Shown: in pieces, positions 1 to 9,495 of the stretch
Layout: each line of letters starts with the position of its first letter
Position numbering within the stretch: position 1 is the stretch's first letter
DNA from: Candidatus Thorarchaeota archaeon
Lineage (GTDB): Archaea > Asgardarchaeota > Thorarchaeia > Thorarchaeales > Thorarchaeaceae
NCBI GenBank assembly: GCA_046482545.1
Contig: JAWOEX010000028.1
Location: 256,001-320,000, forward strand
Length of the DNA: 64,000 nucleotides
Direction: 5' to 3'
The notes under the pieces: model-generated
Seen by the model: the letters and a program-made list of their open reading frames with translations, nothing else
Database searches by the model: none
Told to the model about the DNA's origin: nothing
Position numbers and translations under genes: made by a program

Positions 1-99
1 ATTACCGTCTTCTAGTTCTTCTGAGAAAGCCTCACCTATTTTCGTCCCTTCTGGTGTATACTTGCTCAGAGTGGCATAGAGCTTCACTTGCACTTCCAC
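1..99 (-). CDS. MoaD/ThiS-family ubiquitin-like protein, N-terminal part (truncated by window edge)
   Basis: Not in ORF track; GTG at 99 reads MEVQVKLYATLSKYTPEGTKIGEAFSEELEDGN, a typical MoaD/SAMP N-terminus; follows another MoaD-like gene and AOR. Confidence 0.75.
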   Translation of the reverse strand, partial: MEVQVKLYATLSKYTPEGTKIGEAFSEELEDGN

Positions 100-109
100 A
101 TTCTAAACC

Positions 110-418
110 TCAATAGTAGTCAACGTCAACATTGCTCTCAGTATATCCATGCCCCTTGAGATGTTGCCCGCCACAAAGAAGCCTCATATTAAAGGGAAAG
201 AGACCTATTCGTGCGTCAGCCGGGATTTTGTCAGATGACTTTGCCAAATTACCATTGATGAAACAGTCCCCAATGTCATCTTCTTCCAAGCCTAAACGGC
301 TTAGGAGATCTGCAAAAGTCTCTCCTTCTTTGTGCTCAAGCTCAAGCACAGTATTTTTGCTTGCACGAGAATCTTTTGCAAGACTTCTAAGCCGACCATA
401 GAGGTGCACACGTATCAT
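110..418 (-). CDS. MoaD/ThiS-like beta-grasp protein with C-terminal extension
   Basis: MIRVHLYGRLR...ETFADLLSRLGL...FINGN...DARIGLFP pattern; GG is internal (LLCGG) and followed by 18 more residues. Confidence 0.75.
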   Translation of the reverse strand: MIRVHLYGRLRSLAKDSRASKNTVLELEHKEGETFADLLSRLGLEEDDIGDCFINGNLAKSSDKIPADARIGLFPFNMRLLCGGQHLKGHGYTESNVDVDYY

Positions 419-463
419 TGTATTGTTATGGAATCGAGAATAAATAAGCCATCAGGTAGACAC

Positions 464-495
464 AAAAAAAGAAACAGAGGGGAAGAAAGTCCCCC
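464..495 (-). terminator. Putative terminator after aor
   Basis: GGGGA/TCCCC stem followed on the minus strand by TCTGTTTCTTTTTTT. Confidence 0.45.
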
Positions 496-506
496 GTTTA
501 ACTGAA

Positions 507-2294
507 CTACTTGTGAACTGCATCTAGCTCCTCGTCTGGCACGTCGAACTTCAAATGATGAGGCGGCAGCTCCTCTTCATAGAAGAATTCTGGCAGTCTG
601 TCATCCTCCTTAGTAAAGCCTGCCTTCTTGTTAAACTCGCGCTCAACTTTGAGCACATTCAAACCATATTCGGTTACATCGATTTCAGTACCAAGGAAAC
701 CATTAACCGTTTCGGTCATCCCTGCGAAGCCTTCATCATTGTCTAGAATGGCAAAAGCAATGAACAGGCAATATCCAGAGGAGTCAATATAGGCTGTCGT
801 CGCCTGGAAAGTGCGGGATAAATCCGCTTTCTCAATCTTACGAGGGTCAGTGACTTCACCTTTGATGCCTAGAATCTCAGCAGCAATCGTATAGCCAGCG
901 GTATGGTCGGCTCCCATGGGCGTAGTCGCATATGTCACACCGATGCCACGAATAGGGCGGGGATCATACGCAGGAACTGCTTGTCCCTTAACTACTGGAA
1001 TCCTATCCACACCAAGTGCCTCACCCGCTACCTTTGCACCCGAGCAAATCAGTGCACCTTTTCCTGAGTCGGGCTTGTAAGCTTTCTTCAGTAGTTCTAT
1101 GGCTGCTTCACCATCACCGAAATCAATCATGCCGGCTTCCATGAACATGGCAATAGTGTTGCCAGTCTCAATTGTATCAAGCCCCAAGTCATTACACAGT
1201 CTATTCAATTCAGCCACGTGCTCGAGGTTCTCGATCTCACAGTTGCTTCCAAGTGCCCAAGCGGTCTCGTATTCCAGTGGTGATACGTGAGCCTTTCCGG
1301 TATCTTCGTAAGGAACAACGTTGGAACATGCCATTATGCAGCCAGGATGACAAGGATGGGCATACTTCCCTTCTGCCTTGTCTCCGAATTTCTCGTCTGT
1401 TTCATCCACTAGCTCATGAACGGCTTCTCCGGAAATCTTTGCTGCACCATCCCATTGTCCTCTCCTGAAGTTTCGAACAGGTAGGCCACCAGCCTCATTC
1501 AAAATATTCTGCAGAATGTTTGTGCCATAGTTCTTGAGACCACCGTAAGGCTCGCCGTCTTTATCTTTCAGCCTGCCCGTTACAGGATGATCATTCAAAG
1601 CCTTCACAAGCTTCTTTTGACCCTTATCGAAGAGCTCCTCGTTTTCGGGTTCAGGGCTATCACAACCGGAATCATCACTGATTATCGCAACAATGTGTTT
1701 TGACCCAAGTACTGCTCCCAAGCCGCCTCGTCCAGCATATCTCCCTGGGTCAGAGTTCTCTATGTTGTTTCCGAAAATCCCAGAATTTAGATGCTGACGC
1801 TGACCTGCTATACCGCACCCAATGATACCCGGTACGGAATCATACTCATCCCCGATCTTGCTGATAAGCTCATAGAGACCTATGCCAGCGTAGTCGTTCG
1901 TTTTCTTGATTTCCACTTTGTCCTTCGAGATGTATATGCTGTACCAGTTGTCATCATTTTCGGGCGGTTTGCCTTCGATTATGATACCTCGTACTCCGAG
2001 CTTACCCAACCGTGTAGCAGTGAGTCCTCCCGCATTTGCCTCTTTGATACCACCAGTCAAGGGTGATTTGGCCCCGACACTTAATCGTCCAGATGATGGT
2101 GCGGAGGTACCAGCGAGAAGGCCTGGAGATATCACGAATTTGTTATACTCCCTCAGAGGGTGACAAGTTGGGTCAACCTCCTCCGCTACAACCGTAGAAG
2201 TAAAGGCCCGACCTGCAAGTGCCTCATATTTCTTGGGAACATCTTCCCATTTATGAGATAGTTTTGACATATTGATTCTAAGAATTCTACTCAT
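507..2294 (-). CDS. aor: Tungsten-containing aldehyde:ferredoxin oxidoreductase family protein
   Basis: AKSPLTGGIKEANAGG, AGRGGLGAVLGSK, CxxGCxxxC, EYET, CNDLGLDTI, AYDPR, GADH motifs. Confidence 0.93.
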   Translation of the reverse strand: MSRILRINMSKLSHKWEDVPKKYEALAGRAFTSTVVAEEVDPTCHPLREYNKFVISPGLLAGTSAPSSGRLSVGAKSPLTGGIKEANAGGLTATRLGKLGVRGIIIEGKPPENDDNWYSIYISKDKVEIKKTNDYAGIGLYELISKIGDEYDSVPGIIGCGIAGQRQHLNSGIFGNNIENSDPGRYAGRGGLGAVLGSKHIVAIISDDSGCDSPEPENEELFDKGQKKLVKALNDHPVTGRLKDKDGEPYGGLKNYGTNILQNILNEAGGLPVRNFRRGQWDGAAKISGEAVHELVDETDEKFGDKAEGKYAHPCHPGCIMACSNVVPYEDTGKAHVSPLEYETAWALGSNCEIENLEHVAELNRLCNDLGLDTIETGNTIAMFMEAGMIDFGDGEAAIELLKKAYKPDSGKGALICSGAKVAGEALGVDRIPVVKGQAVPAYDPRPIRGIGVTYATTPMGADHTAGYTIAAEILGIKGEVTDPRKIEKADLSRTFQATTAYIDSSGYCLFIAFAILDNDEGFAGMTETVNGFLGTEIDVTEYGLNVLKVEREFNKKAGFTKEDDRLPEFFYEEELPPHHLKFDVPDEELDAVHK

Positions 2295-2577
2295 CGTTTC
2301 TCAAACTCCTAACCTGTCTTAAGTATATGTTTTGGAGGCTTAAAAACGATATGTCATGTCATTTCATATCGATATGTTTTCTTGTGCATAACGTTTGCAT
2401 CTAAACGGGAATTGGTTAAGAAAATGATACACAATACAGTAAACAGGACATTGTAGTATATTTTATGGAACGGAATAATCCGACTAACGTTGTTCACCTA
2501 CTAATAAAACCGAAGGCATAAATATGAGACATCTTGTGAGCGGCACAAAGCTCAAGACAATTCAAATGGTGAATACC

Positions 2578-3777
2578 ATGGTAGATAGGCCAGAAAATCC
2601 GACCCTATGGATGAAACAAGAAGTAGACCGATTGAAAGAGGAAAATCTAGACTGGAAGCTGAGAGAGCTTCAAGGGCCCAGTGCGCCCAAAGCTAAAGTG
2701 GATGGTCGAAAAGTAATAATGCTCTGTAGCAATAATTACCTGAATCTCACAAATCACCCCAAGCTGGTAAAAGCTGCAAAGGACGCTGCTGAGAAATACG
2801 GTGCTGGTTCAGGTTCAGTGCGGGCAATTGCAGGAAACATGGATTTGCACATGGAGCTTGAAAAGCGTCTTGCAAATTTCAAGGGGGCCGAAGCTTCACT
2901 GACATACAGCGCTGGATTCACAACTAACGAAGGCCTAATCCCGCAGCTCATCGGAAAAGAAGATGCTGTTGTTTCTGATGAACTCAACCACGGAAGCATC
3001 ATCGACGGAATAAGGCTCACCAAGGCAACGCGTTTCATTTACAAGCATAAAGATATGGCCGACTTGGAGAGAGTCCTCAATGAAGTAGAGAAGGACAACC
3101 CTCGAAGAATCCTGATCATAACCGACGGCGTCTTTTCGATGGACGGTGATATAGCACCGCTAGATGAAATCGCTGAACTAGGTAAAGAACACAATGCGAT
3201 GATATATGTTGACGATGCTCATGGCGAAGCTGTGCTGGGCGAAGGGGGACGAGGGATTGTTTCACATTTCGGACTCACACATGATGAAGTGCACTTCGAA
3301 ATGGGTACATTCAGCAAAGCTTTCGGTGTGATGGGGGGTCACGTCTCAGGCAGTCAACACATGGTAGACTATGCTTACAATACGAGTCGTTCATGGTTGC
3401 TAAGCGCTTCACACACACCCGCAACCACTGCATCTTGCATTGCTGCAATCGATGTGTTGGAAACTGAAAAAGAGCACGTTGAAAGGTTATGGGATAACCG
3501 AGAGTACTTCGTTAAGGGTCTAGAAGAGATGGGTTTCGACACCGGAAACAGCGAGACCCCAATAGTCCCGGCTATGTGTGGTGCAAGCTCCAAAGCGGTG
3601 AAATTGAGCGATGGGCTCTACGATGAGGGTATTCTTGCTCTGCCAATTGTATATCCTATGGTTGCGAAGGACAAAGCGAGAATACGAAATATGATGAACT
3701 CTGGGTTGAGCAAAGAGCACCTGGATACAGCTCTTGCAGCTTATGAGAAAATCGGCAAGAAACTAGACATAATATAG
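2578..3777 (+). CDS. kbl: Glycine C-acetyltransferase / AONS-family PLP enzyme
   Basis: SNNYLNL, SDELNHGSIIDG, DGVFSMDGD, DDAHG, GTFSKAFG; start moved to ATG 2578 after a GGTGA RBS. Confidence 0.85.
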   Translation: MVDRPENPTLWMKQEVDRLKEENLDWKLRELQGPSAPKAKVDGRKVIMLCSNNYLNLTNHPKLVKAAKDAAEKYGAGSGSVRAIAGNMDLHMELEKRLANFKGAEASLTYSAGFTTNEGLIPQLIGKEDAVVSDELNHGSIIDGIRLTKATRFIYKHKDMADLERVLNEVEKDNPRRILIITDGVFSMDGDIAPLDEIAELGKEHNAMIYVDDAHGEAVLGEGGRGIVSHFGLTHDEVHFEMGTFSKAFGVMGGHVSGSQHMVDYAYNTSRSWLLSASHTPATTASCIAAIDVLETEKEHVERLWDNREYFVKGLEEMGFDTGNSETPIVPAMCGASSKAVKLSDGLYDEGILALPIVYPMVAKDKARIRNMMNSGLSKEHLDTALAAYEKIGKKLDII

Positions 3778-3791
3778 TAACCGCCGAGATT

Positions 3792-3831
3792 AGTGACCAA
3801 GAGATATCTTGGTCACTTCATTCTTTTTCTT
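3792..3831 (+). terminator. Hairpin plus T-tract terminator
   Basis: Perfect 11-bp stem AGTGACCAAGA-gata-TCTTGGTCACT followed by a T-rich tract just after the kbl stop. Confidence 0.65.
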
Positions 3832-3927
3832 AATACACACAACCTGAAATCAGAATAGATTCTGTACCGCTGTTGTTTATAACGAATAGCCTAACCCTTA
3901 TCACAGTAGTAGTGTATTGAATATAGT

Positions 3928-4167
3928 ATGGTCACTGTTGAGCGAGATCTAACCTTTGATGATATTCTAGCTGAAACCGCTAAGTCAGCAGCAAGAATTC
4001 GAATCTATGGACATAGGATGGCGATTCTCGCTGAAGGACTGATAGCGTACGTTGGAGACAATGTAGTAGGAATAAAACACCAGGATAAAGGAACAGCCAC
4101 AGAGTTTATCCGCAAGGATCGTATCATCAAAATTCAGATACTTGGTAAGCAAGAAGTCATTTGTTGA
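3928..4167 (+). CDS. Small protein, possible Sm/Hfq-like fold
   Basis: 79 aa; N-terminal helix then five predicted beta strands ending FIRKDRIIKIQIL. Confidence 0.5.
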   Translation: MVTVERDLTFDDILAETAKSAARIRIYGHRMAILAEGLIAYVGDNVVGIKHQDKGTATEFIRKDRIIKIQILGKQEVIC

Positions 4168-4552
4168 ATTTGCCTTTGATAGGTCGAACGCGGTTACATG
4201 AACACTCGCTCTTGAAGATCATTTTTTTTTTTCTTCTCAGAGAAGAGGTACATACAACCACCAGTTTAGTACTGATTACCAGCAAAATGTGTGTAGATCT
4301 CAATCGTGAGTGCTCTTTCGTATTCGAGCCTGAAACTATCGACATCGGTTTCGTTTTTCGATTGATAACCATAGTAAATTGTGACTAGGCCTATGGCTAA
4401 CGGATTCCAGACATTCGGTTTTTAATACATAAATATGGCAATTGTCTTGTCTGGTGTCTCCTAGAGCATGACTCGTCGTTCTCTTCACATACCTTCTTCC
4501 ATTGGTTGTCAACGACGAACTTGATGCCCAACCAGATTTCGAAGGTCCGATT

Positions 4553-5311
4553 CTATGATTCCCACAAATGGGAACAGACAGGACAGTCATTCCTATGCCT
4601 CACTTCTGTGGACATGTAGTCCATTCGTTCACCATCGAACAGTAACATTCTTCCTTCCAGTGTTTCCCCAAAACCAACGATGAGCTTCAGGGTCTCCATA
4701 ACCTGCAGCATCGCAAACAGACCAGATGTTGCTCCAACAACAGGGAACGTCGCCATTTCCTCTGGATCTTCAGACAGTATGCAGCGGAGACATGGCCCCT
4801 TTCCCGGGATTATGGTAGTGATTTGCCCGTAAAGCCCTTGAATGCCGGCGTGAACAAATGGGATTTCTTGATTGACGCATTCCTGATTGAGTAGGAACCG
4901 AATAGCCCAGTTGTCCATGGCATCAACCACCACAGTAGAGTCGTTGACAATGTCATTCACATTGTCTTCCGTAATTTCCGTTTTCAGTGCATCTACCTGG
5001 ACATGCGGATTCAGCTGGAGAAGCTTCTCGGCCACGGATTTCGCCTTGGGCTGGCCAATGTCTTGCTGCCAGGCCAGAATCTGCCGATTCAGATTGCTGA
5101 GCTCAAACTCATCTTTGTCAACTAGGACGATTTTCCCAACACCCGCTGCAGCCAAGTACAGAGCCACGGGGCATCCAAGGCCTCCCGTTCCGGCTATCAG
5201 AACTGTCGAACCGTTCAGCTTCTCCTGCCCTTTCCGTCCCCAATCATCAATTATGATTTGCCGATTGTATCTCGTTAGTTCAGACTCCGACAGCAACGAT
5301 TCGGATTCCAT
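4553..5311 (-). CDS. ThiF/MoeB/HesA (E1-like) adenylyltransferase
   Basis: RYNRQ, GTGGLG, SNLNRQ, CLRC and CPVC zinc motifs; likely start ATG 5311. Confidence 0.92.
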   Translation of the reverse strand: MESESLLSESELTRYNRQIIIDDWGRKGQEKLNGSTVLIAGTGGLGCPVALYLAAAGVGKIVLVDKDEFELSNLNRQILAWQQDIGQPKAKSVAEKLLQLNPHVQVDALKTEITEDNVNDIVNDSTVVVDAMDNWAIRFLLNQECVNQEIPFVHAGIQGLYGQITTIIPGKGPCLRCILSEDPEEMATFPVVGATSGLFAMLQVMETLKLIVGFGETLEGRMLLFDGERMDYMSTEVRHRNDCPVCSHLWES

Positions 5312-5433
5312 ATTCACAACACCCTTCTGTTCATCCATGTCTCTGAGGAATATAGGGCTTGTCCCAAGGACATCGCCACAGTCAAAACGTTGAAAACGGT
5401 TTGGATTATAATACCAGATGTCGAGGTGAACCA

Positions 5434-5724
5434 ATGAGCATCGTCATTAATTACTTCGGGATTCTTGCTTCGAAGATGTCAACAACCAATGATTCAGTCG
5501 AACTGTCCAGCGGAGTCAGAATCAGAGATGTCTTTTGTCATCTCATTGAGAAGCACAGGGAGGTCTTCAAGACATACATTTACAATCCCGAGGGAGAGAA
5601 GATGAATGGAGATGTCTTGGTAAATGTCAATGATGTCCCGATTCTCCAGAAGCAGGGAATAGATACCATTTTGAATGACGGGGATCAGATTGACATCCTC
5701 CCCATCTTTGCGGGTGGCGGCTAG
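5434..5724 (+). CDS. MoaD/ThiS (SAMP-like) ubiquitin-like protein
   Basis: MSIVINYFG...VLVNVND...LNDGDQIDILPIFAGGG; C-terminal glycines; divergent from the ThiF gene. Confidence 0.9.
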   Translation: MSIVINYFGILASKMSTTNDSVELSSGVRIRDVFCHLIEKHREVFKTYIYNPEGEKMNGDVLVNVNDVPILQKQGIDTILNDGDQIDILPIFAGGG

Positions 5725-5932
5725 AATTCTATCCCACTTTTTCGGCATTTGCCACACCATTGGAAGGCACTGTGTATGAGTACAACCACTCGGAAAAGTT
5801 GAACATATTGAGTGTAGGTCTGCGGACTTGATTCAGTCAAATGCCATGTTACTCAAAGCAATTTCAAGACGCATATTTAAGAAAGCTAAATAGAGGAGTA
5901 TGTACAGCACGACAACATATGAGGCATAGGCT

Positions 5933-6469
5933 ATGGTCAATTACTTGGAAGACATTCCCGCAGGTCCCGATCCACCCTCTGAAATCTATGCAATCATCGA
6001 GCTGACACGAGCCAGCAAGAACAAATTCGAGTATGATGTAGAATACAATCTGTTCAAACTCGATCGCGTTTTATATACATTCGCGCCATTTGACTACGGC
6101 TTCATACCCCGTACCCTTGACGCTGACGGAGATCCCTTAGATGTCATTCTTCTGATAAAACAACCTACCTTTACCTCCTGCATGGTCCACGCCAGACCAA
6201 TCGGCATGATGGAGATGCACGACATGGGCGAGATAGATGACAAAATAATAGCGGTGCCCATGAGTGAACCGTATTACCGCGATGTAAAAAGTATCATCGA
6301 TATCCCACGTAGCACTATCGATGAGCTACAGTATTTTTACCAAACCTACAAAATTCAGGAAGGCGGCCACACAGAAGTCAAGCGATTCCAAGAACTGAAT
6401 GATGCGTATAAGACGATTAACCGCTGTATAGATGCCTATCAAGAAAGAGAGGATAAATCCAAAGAATAG
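5933..6469 (+). CDS. ppa: Family I inorganic pyrophosphatase
   Basis: NKFEYD, DYGFIPRTL, DGDPLDV, DDKIIAV. Confidence 0.95.
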   Translation: MVNYLEDIPAGPDPPSEIYAIIELTRASKNKFEYDVEYNLFKLDRVLYTFAPFDYGFIPRTLDADGDPLDVILLIKQPTFTSCMVHARPIGMMEMHDMGEIDDKIIAVPMSEPYYRDVKSIIDIPRSTIDELQYFYQTYKIQEGGHTEVKRFQELNDAYKTINRCIDAYQEREDKSKE

Positions 6470-6539
6470 GATACTAATCTCAGACCAGAGTCATGGCATC
6501 CCGGCATCCAGGAATAATAGACTAAGAGGTGTCACCAAC

Positions 6540-7193
6540 GTGAGCAAAATAGTGCGATGCAAGGCGGTCATTTTTGATTTTGACGGTACTTTGGCGGACA
6601 GCATGCCTTTCCTTCAGAAAATTGGGGTCAAACTTATGCAGGAATACTTTGATTTGAGCAAGGCCGAGGCAACCAGAAGGTATCGCTCGACAACTGGTCT
6701 CCCATACGAGCAACAGATAGAAATGAATTTTCCTGACTCGCCTCAGAACAATCAGGCGATAGAGGAATTCGAAAGGAAGAAGATTCAGAACATCTTCGAA
6801 CAGGACCTTTTTCCGGATGCATCTGATACCGTTAAGACACTTCATAAGAAAAATTTTGATTTGTTTGTCTCTTCCTCAACATTTGAGAGTACCATTGTTG
6901 AGTATTTTCAAAGGAAATCACTTCTCAAGTACTTCAAAGAGATTATGGGATACCGACGAGGGTTCGAAAAGGGTGCGGATCATTTCATGCACGTAGAGTC
7001 TCAGTATGATATTTCTCTGGATGAAATCGTGTTCATTGGGGACTCTCTGAAGGATTACGAAAGGGCAGATGGAATGGTTAGATTCATCGCCAAAGAAGGC
7101 ATGTTCACCGCTAGTGATTTCTCGAAAATCGGGCATAGTGGCCCAGTGGTGACCCATCTCAAACAGCTTCCTCCACTGGTTGAACTGAGTTAA
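6540..7193 (+). CDS. HAD-superfamily phosphatase
   Basis: IFDFDGTLADS, SS, K, FIGDSLKD motifs; likely GTG start at 6540 after GAGGTG. Confidence 0.85.
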   Translation: MSKIVRCKAVIFDFDGTLADSMPFLQKIGVKLMQEYFDLSKAEATRRYRSTTGLPYEQQIEMNFPDSPQNNQAIEEFERKKIQNIFEQDLFPDASDTVKTLHKKNFDLFVSSSTFESTIVEYFQRKSLLKYFKEIMGYRRGFEKGADHFMHVESQYDISLDEIVFIGDSLKDYERADGMVRFIAKEGMFTASDFSKIGHSGPVVTHLKQLPPLVELS

Positions 7194-7254
7194 CCGGTCC
7201 ACTGTGTATCGTTTTTCAAACCGTGGATGTTTTGTCGAGCTTGTCTCACGTGAC

Positions 7255-8229
7255 CTAGTGAGTCAGGTGTTGCAAAAGTGAGATAGGTGAGTCTTCAAGT
7301 CCAACGCGATTCATGCGCTCAAGCACAAGTCTAACCTTGTCTCGCATATCTACTGGTACCGTAACCAAATTCTCCTCAGGACGTTCCTCAAGAATATGAA
7401 GAATCTTTTCTAGCGATGTTTTCTTCATGTCTTTACAGATTGCTTTCTCATTGGCTGCAACAATCACCTTATTGGGATAGTCGTCGCGAAGCTGTTCAAC
7501 CAATCCAACCTCGGTAGCAATTATGAAGGCTTTATCATCTGACTGAGAAACATATTCCGCCATCTTGCCAGTTGATCCCACAATATCTGCTATGTCCTGA
7601 ACGTCAGGTGGGCATTCAGGATGCACAAGGACAGTAGCTTCTGGATATTCCTCCCTGAGACGTTGAATGTCTTCCACATTGAATTCTTGGTGAACATAGC
7701 AGTGGCCCTCTGGAGCAATATCTATAATCTCTGTATGTGTTTGCGTTCGAGCGTATCTCGCCAGATTCACATCAGGACCAAAGAGTACTATTGGAGTCTG
7801 CAAGCTTTCAACAATATCTACCGCGTTGCTCGAAGTACAGATGACATCACATTCTGATTTTGTTTCGGCAGTGGTATTGACATATACAACCACGGGAGCA
7901 TCAGGATGTTGCTCTTTTGCCTCTCGAACTCGTTCAGCACCACAGAAACTTGCCAAAGGACATGTGGCATCCGGGTCGGGAATGTACACTGGGGTATCAT
8001 TCGCTAATACAGAAGCCATCTCAGCCATAAACCTAACACCAGCAAAAATTACCATGTCGTGACCGTTCACATCAGATGCGATTCTAGCTAGCTGCAGCGA
8101 ATCACCAACACGGTCTGCAATTTTCTGAACTTCCAATGGTTGATAATTGTGGGCGAGTATCAGTGCATTTCGCTGTTCTTTAAGGGTAAGAATTCGTTTC
8201 TTGATTGAGCTTCTCTGCTTATTCAACAC
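7255..8229 (-). CDS. nadA: Quinolinate synthase A
   Basis: ILAHNYQ, VGDSL, GVRFMAE, YVNT, CTSSNA, VHPEC and three cluster cysteines (CPLA, CYVH, CKDMK). Confidence 0.95.
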   Translation of the reverse strand: MLNKQRSSIKKRILTLKEQRNALILAHNYQPLEVQKIADRVGDSLQLARIASDVNGHDMVIFAGVRFMAEMASVLANDTPVYIPDPDATCPLASFCGAERVREAKEQHPDAPVVVYVNTTAETKSECDVICTSSNAVDIVESLQTPIVLFGPDVNLARYARTQTHTEIIDIAPEGHCYVHQEFNVEDIQRLREEYPEATVLVHPECPPDVQDIADIVGSTGKMAEYVSQSDDKAFIIATEVGLVEQLRDDYPNKVIVAANEKAICKDMKKTSLEKILHILEERPEENLVTVPVDMRDKVRLVLERMNRVGLEDSPISLLQHLTH

Positions 8230-8411
8230 AATGCACCCATCTAATGAGAAGCAAACAGTATTTTAATAGAATCTCAATAGGCAAGCTTTGGCGGCGCTCA
8301 GCCATTGCGGCAAGAATTGCCACTAACTGTGAAGGTAATCCCTATTGGCGGCTCAGTTTCATTTAAGTGTGGTACTACGTAGAATAGGGTACAAATCAAG
8401 GAGGTCATACT

Positions 8412-9470
8412 ACGCGAATTGGTATCGTCGCAGGGAATGAAGCAAATATGCTGAATGATGCAAAAAGAGTGTACGAAGTACTCAAGGAGCGTCAGACCGA
8501 TATTGTTGTTGATCAAGACACAGGAAAACACATTGACGTAGAAGGCACTCCCTTGACCGAAATCGATGCTGACATTCTCACAATTGTCGGCGGTGACCGT
8601 GTTCTTCTGAGTGCTCTGCTTGAGCTCCGCGACAGTGAAATTCCCGTGTTACCACTCTCTTCAGCACGCGAGCCGGGTTTTCTTTTTGAGGCTGAGGCTT
8701 CCAGCTTTGACAGCTTGGTTTCTGATCTATTGGATGAGAAATGGACATTAGAAAAGCGAGCCAGGATACAGGCCGATATAGCAAGTGAAAGTACTCCACC
8801 AATTCTCAATGAATTGGCCATATTCGCTAGAAGAAGCGCAACCCTAGTTAGATATTCCCTCTATATCGATGGAGAGCTCTTTCTGAAAGACAGTAGTGAT
8901 GGCATTATCATGTCCACTGCGACAGGTAGTACAGCCTATTCAATGAGTGTCGGAGGTCCTGTCGTTCTAAATCCGGCTTCGGTGATATCGGTTGTGCCAG
9001 TAAACAGCGTCAACCCTGCTCAGCGACCTGTAGTTGTCCCTGACGATCAGAAAATCGAAATAAGGGACCTTAGCAGTCGAGTGACGGTAGAAGCAGTTCT
9101 TGACGGGCAGAAAAGATGCACAATAGATAGTGGGCCCGTTCTGATCCATCGTGCTGAAAAGGATGCATTGTTTGTCAAATTCTCAGAGGAGCGAGTTGCA
9201 GCCTTGAGAGGCAAGCTCAAACAGAAGACAGATTCATTTGAAGATTTAGCACAGGATCTTCCGCCAAGCGCTAAACTGGTGCTTAAGACATTGGAATACG
9301 AAGGAGAACTCACTCAGAAAGAAATCATAGAAGAAACCCTCCTTCCACCAAGAACTGTAAGGTATGCCCTTGCAATTCTCATATCCGACCGCATTGTTGA
9401 AAAACATGTTAGCTTAAGAGACAGTAGACAAAGCCTGTACAGAGTAACAGACAGAGTTGGCCTGACCTAA
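8412..9470 (+). CDS. NAD kinase-family protein fused to a C-terminal winged-HTH
   Basis: GGD(R), LNE, DGIIMSTATGSTAYSMSVGGP; C-terminal LPPSAKLVLKTLEYEGELTQKEI...RTVRYAL...RDSRQSLY wHTH. First ATG is 8448 but homology (RIGIV) extends to 8412. Confidence 0.85.
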   Translation, partial: TRIGIVAGNEANMLNDAKRVYEVLKERQTDIVVDQDTGKHIDVEGTPLTEIDADILTIVGGDRVLLSALLELRDSEIPVLPLSSAREPGFLFEAEASSFDSLVSDLLDEKWTLEKRARIQADIASESTPPILNELAIFARRSATLVRYSLYIDGELFLKDSSDGIIMSTATGSTAYSMSVGGPVVLNPASVISVVPVNSVNPAQRPVVVPDDQKIEIRDLSSRVTVEAVLDGQKRCTIDSGPVLIHRAEKDALFVKFSEERVAALRGKLKQKTDSFEDLAQDLPPSAKLVLKTLEYEGELTQKEIIEETLLPPRTVRYALAILISDRIVEKHVSLRDSRQSLYRVTDRVGLT

Positions 9471-9495
9471 TCCTTCCTTCAGTGTAGGTATAATC

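Noticed and set aside
4157-4590. Short ORFs between the Sm-like gene and ThiF
   Set aside because: No motifs, and they cross a poly-T tract more consistent with termination
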